Source of the DNA: an uncultured archaeon | GTDB taxonomy: Archaea > Aenigmatarchaeota > Aenigmatarchaeia > GW2011-AR5 | Assembly: GCA_964373695.1 (NCBI GenBank) | Contig: CAYJVT010000015.1 | Coordinates: 1 to 14,457, forward strand | Length of the DNA: 14,457 bases | Reading direction: 5' to 3' | Shown here: positions 1 to 6,725 of the stretch, in pieces | Position numbering within the stretch: the first letter of the stretch is position 1 | Layout of the letters: each line of letters opens with the position of its first letter | The notes under the pieces: model-generated | The model's database searches: none | The model's input: only the letters and a program-made list of their open reading frames with translations | Told to the model about the DNA's origin: nothing | Position numbers and translations under genes: made by a program

Positions 1-15
1 TAAAAATTGAACCGT

Positions 16-273
16 CTAGACTATTTCTTTCTCGCTTATTATCACGAAATCGCCGACGCTTTTCACGGATGAAAACGGTATCAGAAGGCGGCTGCTCTCG
101 TCACGGTCAAGCGTAAGGTCGCCTATATGCTTTGTAGGTTCCGTGAGGACGATATTAAGGAGCTCGCCGGTATCGGAGATGAAATTTATGTCGCCGACGA
201 CGCCGAACTTCCTGCCAGTCTCTTCCGAAACTATTACTTTTCCGAGAACGTCTCTTCCCCTGCTTCGCATCAT
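16..273 (-). CDS. PRC-barrel domain protein (archaeal, CdpB-like)
   Basis: 85 aa. Pattern 'GRDVLGKVIVSEETGRKFGVVGDINFISDTGELLNIVL...LLIPFSSVKSVGDFVII' is typical of a PRC barrel. Start moved from GTG 282 to ATG 273 because the SD GAGGTGA (285-279, minus) sits 5 nt upstream. Confidence 0.85.
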   Translation of the reverse strand: MMRSRGRDVLGKVIVSEETGRKFGVVGDINFISDTGELLNIVLTEPTKHIGDLTLDRDESSRLLIPFSSVKSVGDFVIISEKEIV

Positions 274-314
274 TATAATCACCTCATATTATTTGCTTGT
301 GAAATTTTATATAG

Positions 315-1511
315 TTAGCTCTTGACGACCAAATTTTTCATGTGAGACTTCAGCTGGTATACAAAGGCGCGATCGGTGCGGCGGCGCTCTACGATACCGT
401 CATCCATGAGCCTCTTCAATATGTTATTTACGGAGCGCACAGCATGCTGGCGCGATTTGTATTTGCTCAAATCCATTGAATTGGCTATCTGCCCGGGAGT
501 CATAGGCTTCAGGAGCATTTCCATGACATCCTTCTGCATAGGAGTCATTTCTTCCATTACTTTCAGCGGCGGCGCCAGTTCCTCGGTGAGGGGCTCTTTT
601 TCCATATAATCCGCAGTGACTTTCAATCTGCCTTCCGACATCGCCTGATATATCATGTCGTTGCAAGTACGCAATATCTCCCTCGGAAAGCCGCCTGTCT
701 TATGATAAACATATTCGGATGCTTCCGGCGAGAATTCGTCGCCTGTGCCTCCTACTTTCTGTATTCTCTTTCTTATGAGATTTGCCGTTTCTTCTTTTGT
801 GAGGGATAGAAGCCCTATCTTAACGACTATCCTGCGGCGCAGCGTTTCAAGCTTATCCAAGACATGATTTTCGAATGAAGGAAGGCCTGACAGAACTATA
901 GACATGTTATCAACCTGGTCCCCGAGGACACGCAACCACTCAAGTATGTCTACACTTGATTCCTGGGCCTCGTCATACATGACAACCAGGTGCTTCTTTC
1001 TTATTCGTTTGTTCAGGAAAGATGGTATCTGGTACATATTCTTCAGCCTGAAAAAAGGCAGCCACGAACCGTATTTCTCATTAAATATCTGAACAAATTC
1101 TTCCGGGTGTTTAGGCGGCTTTCCTATATAGACATAATCGTACTTTTCCGGTAGATGGGAAGACATCCATTTGAGGGTTGTCGTCTTTCCGGAGCCTGTA
1201 GGGCCGACGATTAGAACTATCTTATGTTTTTCCTCAATAGCAGACAGCAGTTTTGACGTCTGTTCAGCATAACCTACAAACAATTCGGGTAATATAGTGA
1301 ATGTAAAAGGGTTCCCTGACCAGCCAGCTTTTTCAAGCCACTCTTTTGAGCTTATCGGCCTGCTTTCGATTTTCTCAGGAATCTGGGTTATTTGAACCTG
1401 ATTTTGGAGCGGCGTTTCTCGCATGGATTTGTCGTTTTGGGCGGGCCCATCTACCATATTTTGCCCTAGATTTTCAATATCCTGATTACTATCAATATCT
1501 TCTCCGTCCAT
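315..1511 (-). CDS. AAA+ ATPase (ExeA/AAA_22-like) with C-terminal winged helix-turn-helix
   Basis: Walker A GPTGSGKT, Walker B VVMYDEAQ, Arg-finger region LRRRI, sensor-2-like GGFPREI and an ExeA-like NPF motif. C-terminal wHTH 'MTPGQIANSM...VRSVNNILKRLMDDGIVERRRTDRAFVYQL'. The ~50-aa N-terminus is polar and probably disordered. Confidence 0.85.
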   Translation of the reverse strand: MDGEDIDSNQDIENLGQNMVDGPAQNDKSMRETPLQNQVQITQIPEKIESRPISSKEWLEKAGWSGNPFTFTILPELFVGYAEQTSKLLSAIEEKHKIVLIVGPTGSGKTTTLKWMSSHLPEKYDYVYIGKPPKHPEEFVQIFNEKYGSWLPFFRLKNMYQIPSFLNKRIRKKHLVVMYDEAQESSVDILEWLRVLGDQVDNMSIVLSGLPSFENHVLDKLETLRRRIVVKIGLLSLTKEETANLIRKRIQKVGGTGDEFSPEASEYVYHKTGGFPREILRTCNDMIYQAMSEGRLKVTADYMEKEPLTEELAPPLKVMEEMTPMQKDVMEMLLKPMTPGQIANSMDLSKYKSRQHAVRSVNNILKRLMDDGIVERRRTDRAFVYQLKSHMKNLVVKS

Positions 1512-1519
1512 GTGTCTAT

Positions 1520-1713
1520 ATGAACTTCACGGCTATAAAAAGATATTTCTGTGAACTTCATTAAATTGTTCACGATGTTCATAATTAAGTTCACGAAAAA
1601 TGTTTAATTTCACGCATTTCACGGTGAATTCACGTGAATTATGCGTGAAGTTCACGTGAATATATATGAAGTTCGTGAAGGTTTAGTGAAGGTTTAGTGA
1701 ATGTTCATATGAA
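1520..1713. repeat. Left cluster of degenerate 11-bp pseudo-palindromic iterons (GTGAA-N-TTCAC)
   Basis: TTCA(C/T) at 1526, 1557, 1569, 1578, 1590, 1609, 1618, 1629, 1651, 1704. (G/A)TGAA at 1520, 1551, 1624, 1634, 1645, 1656, 1666, 1675, 1686, 1697, 1709. Perfect palindrome AATTCACGTGAATT at 1627-1640. Tandem GTGAAGGTTTA x2 plus GTGAATGTTCA at 1675-1707. Confidence 0.9.
1534..1541 (-). promoter_or_regulatory. TATA box for a probably leaderless AAA+ ATPase transcript
   Basis: TTTTTATA on the minus strand, 22 nt upstream of ATG 1511. This spacing fits an archaeal leaderless mRNA, and no SD precedes the ATG. Confidence 0.5.
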
Positions 1714-1815
1714 GGGTATATATCTTTACTCCTATCAAATATTGTAGTAAATATCTTTATGTGAGTTAAATTAAGTAATGTCTTTATAATTATAAAATAT
1801 TTGTGAGAATTGAAA
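1714..1815. other. AT-rich core between the iteron clusters (DUE-like or promoter core)
   Basis: 1721-1810 has 17 G+C in 90 nt (about 81% AT) and no GTGAA/TTCAC motifs. AT(A/G)TCTTTA occurs three times, at 1720, 1751 and 1778. Confidence 0.6.
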
Positions 1816-1904
1816 ATGAAGTTCATATGAAGTTCACAGGATGTTCATGGACCATTCACGTGAAGTTCGTGAACTTCACGGAGTATTCACGGAACCTTCA
1901 CGGA
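1816..1904. repeat. Right cluster of 11-bp-phased iterons
   Basis: TTC(A/G)-core motifs at 1822, 1833, 1844, 1855, 1866, 1875, 1886, 1897 (spacing 11,11,11,11,9,11,11). TTCACGGA x3 at 1875/1886/1897. Palindromes TTCATATGAA at 1822-1831 and TTCACGTGAA at 1855-1864. Confidence 0.9.
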
Positions 1905-2053
1905 CATCTAAAAATCTTGTGAGGAGACATTTTACGACTTTTTAAAAAAATTCCCTCATCCAAGAATAAAATTCAAACAATCAAAACTCACAAATCATGT
2001 TAGACATTAAAAAAGCCGTTATTTAGGCGTTTTAGCTGAAAAAGGGCCAAATA

Positions 2054-2356
2054 TCATCTTTCCATCTTGTTCATCAGGCGCAGGAATTTCATTATCTGGT
2101 CAAAACTCTGGCCTTGCTGAAGCTTCTCTATTACAAATGTCTTAAGCCTGATAACTCTCAGAATAGGCTTTCCAGTACCCAATGAATTATCCTCTATAAG
2201 CGTGGCAAGCGGCCCTTCCAGGTATTTGGTCACCGTGGTCGGATGCAAGCCGGCTATTTCAGCTATCCGGCTTATCCAAATACCATCCTGATTATCAAGC
2301 AATATCCTTACTATACTACCTATTTTTTTTGAATCGAATCCCTTTTTCCTACCCAT
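2054..2356 (-). CDS. Small (winged) helix-turn-helix DNA-binding protein
   Basis: 100 aa. HTH pattern 'GIWISRIAEIAGLHPTTVTKYLE' and basic N-terminus MGRKKG. Confidence 0.8.
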   Translation of the reverse strand: MGRKKGFDSKKIGSIVRILLDNQDGIWISRIAEIAGLHPTTVTKYLEGPLATLIEDNSLGTGKPILRVIRLKTFVIEKLQQGQSFDQIMKFLRLMNKMER

Positions 2357-2488
2357 GAAAAGTAAAATAGAAACGTATATATAAAAAGCTATTTCATGGC
2401 TCTTGGCTCCAGGTATGCAAAATTCAAGGCCCTATTGGCTGACGCTCACTTTCGCTTTTTATACGTCATACTACTATATTGATTGTAA

Positions 2489-3010
2489 ATGCGCTGCTTT
2501 ATAGCTATAGACATCCCGGAGGCATTAAAACCGCGGATTGTAGGACTTCAGGAGCAGTTTTCCGGCTACAACGTAAAGCTCGTGGCGCCGCAGAACCTTC
2601 ATCTTACCCTAAAATTCCTCGGCGAAACCGAGGGCATGGGATTAGCAAACAGATTGGATTTTATAAGCAAAATACCATCTTTTGAAATAGAGCTCGCCGG
2701 CATGGGATGCTTTCCGTCTGAAAACTTCGTCCGGTCCATATGGATAGGTATAAAACATAGTCAGAAGCTTATTAACCTACAGGAGTCCGTTTCAAAGGCC
2801 CTAGGCTTCGGTGAAGAAGGATTCGTGTCTCATCTTACCATAGCAAGGCTCAGGTCCCAGAAACATAGAAATGACATCATTGATGTTATCAAAAATAACA
2901 GCTGCATCGAGATAGGTAGGATGAAGGTCACTTGTGTGAAATTAAAGGAATCGAAGCTCTCTCCAGAAGGCCCAGTATACAAAGATGTAAGAACGTTCGA
3001 GATGGTATGA
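2489..3010 (+). CDS. thpR: RNA 2',3'-cyclic phosphodiesterase (2H phosphoesterase, LigT/ThpR family)
   Basis: N-terminus MRCFIAID. Two HxT motifs (NLHLTLKFLG, SHLTIAR). C-terminal 'ESKLSPEGPVY'. Confidence 0.93.
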   Translation: MRCFIAIDIPEALKPRIVGLQEQFSGYNVKLVAPQNLHLTLKFLGETEGMGLANRLDFISKIPSFEIELAGMGCFPSENFVRSIWIGIKHSQKLINLQESVSKALGFGEEGFVSHLTIARLRSQKHRNDIIDVIKNNSCIEIGRMKVTCVKLKESKLSPEGPVYKDVRTFEMV

Positions 3011-3357
3011 TGGAAGACAAGACAATAAAAATAATCTCCCTTACCATGGCGCTGGTAGGCATCATAGGCCTGGCTGTAATTTCGCTCCAGAGCGGATACA
3101 CGCCCACAAACATCTATGAAATAAGCGAGAGCATGATAGGCAAGAAAGTGGTTGTGAACGGCACCATCCGTTCCTTATCCATAAAAGAAAACAACCTCTT
3201 CATGTCCTTGGAGGATTCTGGTATAATAAAGATAGTGATGTTCAATTCTGATATACGGGCAAATGCTGGGAATAGGGCCGTTGTTTATGGCAGGGTAAAC
3301 GTTTATAAAAATGAGCTTGAAATAGTAGCAGAAAAGATAATTGTCGGTGATTCATAA
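3007..3357 (+). CDS. Membrane-anchored OB-fold protein
   Basis: ATG 3007 overlaps the thpR stop (ATGA). N-terminal hydrophobic helix IISLTMALVGIIGLAVISL. OB-fold pattern 'GKKVVVNGTI...FMSLED...IKIVMF...VVYGRVNVYKNELEIVAEKI'. Confidence 0.75.
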   Translation: MMEDKTIKIISLTMALVGIIGLAVISLQSGYTPTNIYEISESMIGKKVVVNGTIRSLSIKENNLFMSLEDSGIIKIVMFNSDIRANAGNRAVVYGRVNVYKNELEIVAEKIIVGDS

Positions 3358-4082
3358 TTAAAGCCATCATTCTTGCCGGAGGGTACGCAAAACGTCTCTG
3401 GCCCCTGACAAAAGACGTATCAAAGCCGCTCCTGGAAGTCGGTGGGAAGCCTGTCATAAACTACGTCATGGAACAGCTCCAGCAGATAGATGACATAGAG
3501 CAGATATACGTGTCCACCAACAAGAAATTCGAAAGCCAGTTCTTAGATTGGCTACTGAATTACGGGTTCAGAAAGACAAAAATAGTCATTGAGAACACGG
3601 AAAATGAGGAAGAAAAATTGGGGGCTGTGGGTGGAATCAACTTCACGATAAAGAAGGAAAACATAGAAGGCGAATGCATCATAGTCGCCGGAGACAACCT
3701 GTTCGATTTCAGGATAAAGGACCTTATCTTCGAATATAATAAAAGAAAAAGCCCCGTCCTTGCTGTTTTTGACGTGAAAGACAAAGAAAAGGCCAAGCTC
3801 TACGGCAACGTCGAGGTCGACAAAAATATGCTCATAACTAAATTCGTGGAGAAACCTCCGGAACCAAAATCAACGCTAATCGCAACCTGCTGCTTCGTAA
3901 TACCTTCCACAGCACTGGTGAAAAAATACATCGATGAGGGAAACAACATAGATTCTCCGGGCTTCTTCAACCAGTGGCTCTACAGACAAATGCCCTATTT
4001 TGCATACGCATTCAGCGGCAAATGGTACGACATAGGCGATTTTGACTCCCTGGAGAAGGCAAAATCCGGGAACGGATTATAA
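3357..4082 (+). CDS. Sugar-phosphate nucleotidyltransferase (glucose-1-P thymidylyltransferase / NTP_transferase family) with non-canonical ATT start
   Basis: The frame of ORF 3468-4082 extends upstream to ATT-AAA-GCC-ATC-ATT-CTT-GCC-GGA-GGG, giving (M)KAIILAGGYAKRLWPLTKDVSKPLLEVGGKP, the family signature. Also GDNLF, EKP and WYDIG motifs. SD GGTGA at 3346-3350. Confidence 0.9.
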   Translation: MKAIILAGGYAKRLWPLTKDVSKPLLEVGGKPVINYVMEQLQQIDDIEQIYVSTNKKFESQFLDWLLNYGFRKTKIVIENTENEEEKLGAVGGINFTIKKENIEGECIIVAGDNLFDFRIKDLIFEYNKRKSPVLAVFDVKDKEKAKLYGNVEVDKNMLITKFVEKPPEPKSTLIATCCFVIPSTALVKKYIDEGNNIDSPGFFNQWLYRQMPYFAYAFSGKWYDIGDFDSLEKAKSGNGL

Positions 4083-4105
4083 ATATTTTTCATGTAAAAA
4101 TATTT
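4081..4105. promoter_or_regulatory. Perfect 10-bp inverted repeat directly before the orphan gene (operator- or terminator-like)
   Basis: AAATATTTTT-CATGT-AAAAATATTT, ending just before ATG 4107. Confidence 0.4.
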
Positions 4106-4106
4106 C

Positions 4107-4973
4107 ATGAATTATCTTGTGAAGGTTGCAGGCGATATTTATCTTCCAGTAGATACCTGCAATGCTGGTTTTACACACTATCATTCCGTCAGCATAGAGC
4201 CTGTTGAAATCAGTGTCAGGAGCAGACACCGAGCACTTCCTCATTTAAAACGTCTTCTGGGGAGTGTGAGAGAACTGGCTGATTATTCTGACGAACCCGT
4301 AGAACGCATCAATCTGCTATTTGACGGGACAGCGCCGTTTCCGGAAATATACCTGAACGAAATTCTTAGTCAGCCGGTGTTTGATTTTTTTGTTGCCACT
4401 GACTATAATAGAGAGCCTCAAAGATTCCGTTGTTATGGCCCCAAGGCAATTCTTCACGGAAACGCCCGCATTAATAAGACCCAGAGAGTAGCCGATTTGT
4501 TCGGCGACACGTTTCATCTGGAGCTTACGCATATAGGCTCTTCTGGAGTTGAAATGGTAGATACAGATGACTACGATATAATCGGCGGTCTGGAAGATGA
4601 ACATACCGAGACATGCAGAGAACAAATAAGGCTGTCGCTTTCAACGTATATGAGAGGTGCAGAACACCTTGCGGATGGAGATATGGATGCCGCGGCAATA
4701 CTATGCCTCGTTGCCGAGCTGGGTCAAGACGACATCTATGTTAGTAGAGATGAAGTTGTTGACGCTATGAGCAGCGGTTATTTGGATTTGCATTGCCAGT
4801 GTTACGACTATGGAACCGACGACGTATCGCGGATTATGGACAGCCTGGTTGACAGAGGGCTTCTGGAAGAAAGCGAAGAAGGATTTGTCATTGCTGGCGG
4901 CCACAGAATAGAGCCAAAAGAAGAAATTCTTACCATCCCGAAGCAGATGGAATTAACCCCGTGGACACAATAG
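4107..4973 (+). CDS. Hypothetical acidic protein with possible C-terminal winged helix
   Basis: 288-aa ORF filling the gap between two convergent housekeeping genes. C-terminal 'VSRDEVVDAM...DDVSRIMDSLVDRGLLEESEEGFVI' is wHTH-like. Confidence 0.7.
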   Translation: MNYLVKVAGDIYLPVDTCNAGFTHYHSVSIEPVEISVRSRHRALPHLKRLLGSVRELADYSDEPVERINLLFDGTAPFPEIYLNEILSQPVFDFFVATDYNREPQRFRCYGPKAILHGNARINKTQRVADLFGDTFHLELTHIGSSGVEMVDTDDYDIIGGLEDEHTETCREQIRLSLSTYMRGAEHLADGDMDAAAILCLVAELGQDDIYVSRDEVVDAMSSGYLDLHCQCYDYGTDDVSRIMDSLVDRGLLEESEEGFVIAGGHRIEPKEEILTIPKQMELTPWTQ

Positions 4974-4985
4974 TCTCTTATTACT

Positions 4986-6347
4986 TTACTTCTTCCCATG
5001 CTCTTCCTTCATCTCAAGGCCTTTGGCATCGAACTCTTCCTTCATGATGCCAACAAACTCCTTTCGTATTTCCATGCGGTCCTTTCTAGTGTTTCCCTCG
5101 ACAGTCAGGCGTATGTAAGGCGACGTGTTGGAAACCCTCAGCAGCGACCATCCGTTCTCCATCTCGGTCCTGACGCCGTCTATCGTTATCACATTCCCGA
5201 ATCTTTTCATTATCTTTTCCTTCAGCGCATTCATTACATCAAACTTTACGCCGTCGGGGCACTCAAAACTGATTCTTTCGAACTCGTGCGCGGGCATCTC
5301 CTTCACTATCTCTGACAATGTCTCCTCCCTCTCCGAGAGGGCCGAGACCAGATAAAGCGATATTGTTACGGCATCATCGAACGGGACTATGCTGGGTATG
5401 CAATAATGCCCCGTTGGCTCGACCCCGTAGCACGCCGCATTGTCATTGACGTACTGCATGAGGAACGTATGCCCTACCGGCGCTCGTATGACTTTCCTCG
5501 AGAACCTGCCTGCTATGTCATCTATCAGCCGAGTGCATTCGACGTTGGCCACTATAGGCCCGTCTTCCTTATCCATCAGCTTGGAAAGGATTATGTAGGA
5601 CGTCTGCTCGGCCGAAAGCAAAGAGCCTTTCTCATCAACCACGGCCATCCTGTCGCTGTCGCCGTCGTATGCGATTCCTACATCATAATTCGAGACGATT
5701 TCCTTCAGCTTCCCTATCTCATTGTCAATGGGGTCCGGAAGCCTGTTGGGGAAGTTTCCGTCAGGGGTCTCGAATATGACATCCACTTCATGGCCTGCGC
5801 CTGAAAAAAGCTTTTTTGCCACTATGGATGAAACTCCGTTCCCGTTATCGATTGCGACATTCAATTTCCTGGAAGATTTTATCCTGTCGTTAAGATACTT
5901 CACATAAGAATCGACTGAGCCGGCCTCGGCACTCTCGACGGAGCCCTTTTTTTCAGGAACATCATTCTTCAGAAAAATATCTCTAATTTTGGCGTTCTCG
6001 CTCTCCTTGAACCCTATTCCGTTCGCATGAAAGAACTTGACGCCGCCCCACTCCTTCGGCAAGTGCGAGCCCGTTATGTATGCAAACTCCGTTCCGGATT
6101 TCCACGCATGGAACATGCCCGCCCCCATGGGCAATATGCCAGCGTCAAGGACCCTAGCTCCGGCAGATGACGCGCCTACAGCAAAGGCCGATGACAGGGC
6201 CGGGCTGGAAAGCCTGGAATCCCTGGAAAGCAAGACGTCCTTTCCGGAGAACGCGGCGAAAGACATCCCTATCCTTCTCATCACTTCGTCAGTCAGTTCC
6301 TTACCATATATTCCGCGTATATCGTAACTTCTAAATATATGCATCAT
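4986..6347 (-). CDS. Phosphomannomutase/phosphoglucomutase (alpha-D-phosphohexomutase family)
   Basis: N-terminal IFRSYDIRG, phosphoserine loop ITGSHLP, metal loop DGDSDR, sugar loop GVEPTGH, phosphate loop RVSNTSP. Start at 6347 or 6344. Confidence 0.93.
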   Translation of the reverse strand: MMHIFRSYDIRGIYGKELTDEVMRRIGMSFAAFSGKDVLLSRDSRLSSPALSSAFAVGASSAGARVLDAGILPMGAGMFHAWKSGTEFAYITGSHLPKEWGGVKFFHANGIGFKESENAKIRDIFLKNDVPEKKGSVESAEAGSVDSYVKYLNDRIKSSRKLNVAIDNGNGVSSIVAKKLFSGAGHEVDVIFETPDGNFPNRLPDPIDNEIGKLKEIVSNYDVGIAYDGDSDRMAVVDEKGSLLSAEQTSYIILSKLMDKEDGPIVANVECTRLIDDIAGRFSRKVIRAPVGHTFLMQYVNDNAACYGVEPTGHYCIPSIVPFDDAVTISLYLVSALSEREETLSEIVKEMPAHEFERISFECPDGVKFDVMNALKEKIMKRFGNVITIDGVRTEMENGWSLLRVSNTSPYIRLTVEGNTRKDRMEIRKEFVGIMKEEFDAKGLEMKEEHGKK

Positions 6348-6610
6348 AATCCGAGTTTGCCGCCAATGAATAAAAACCCGTGCGGTCTGGCGTTTCCCAC
6401 CCAGTGGAAAATTATTTAAACCTTCGTCTACAATTAATTATATGAAAATATGGAGAAATTTTTCTCTGACATGGGCTTTCTCCAGGCCTATATTCTATGT
6501 AAAGTGCAAGTGCAATCCCATCGCACTCTAATTCGGGATGATTCTTTTTCAAAGATGACCGTTCTGGTTCCGAATGCTATAAATCAATATCAATCACATC
6601 TTCTTTGTAT

Positions 6611-6703
6611 ACCCACGACCAAAGTCGTGGGTTTGCTGGAAGATGGTATCCCGAAGGCATCTTTAATACATGCCGCCTGAAGGCGGCAGTTTTGGATGCC
6701 TTC
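6611..6703. mobile_element. ORF-less IS200/IS605-like end-hairpin pair (MITE/REP-like remnant)
   Basis: Hairpin ACCCACGAC-CAAA-GTCGTGGGT (6611-6632). Hairpin TGCCGCC-TGAA-GGCGGCA (6671-6688) nested in the outer stem GAAGGCATC (6653-6661) / GATGCCTTC (6695-6703). The resemblance to IS200/IS605 subterminal palindromes is from memory. Confidence 0.5.
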
Positions 6704-6725
6704 AATATAAAAGAGGTGAATTAAA

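Noticed and set aside
315-1511. Calling the ATPase canonical cdc6/orc1
   Set aside because: The domain architecture is similar, but the sequence motifs look ExeA/AAA_22-like and no ORB boxes are adjacent, so no symbol was given.
1520-1904. CRISPR array
   Set aside because: Repeat units are about 11 bp, contiguous and degenerate, with no 25-40 bp repeats separated by unique spacers.
2357-2488. Small RNA or ORF in the HTH/thpR divergent gap
   Set aside because: Only very short ORFs and weak stems are present. TATA-like tracts explain it as a divergent promoter.
2932-3006. Longer GTG-started N-terminus for the OB-fold protein
   Set aside because: It would overlap thpR by 79 bp. ATG 3007 gives the usual ATGA coupling and places the membrane helix at the N-terminus.
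6401-6410. CCAGTGGAAA resembling the archaeal ORB core
   Set aside because: Single partial copy with no G-string, no inverted partner and no adjacent initiator gene. It lies in the phosphomannomutase promoter region.
6450-6680. 76-aa plus-strand ORF (and antisense ORF 6590-6823)
   Set aside because: Both run through the hairpin cassette, lack an SD and have no recognisable protein features.
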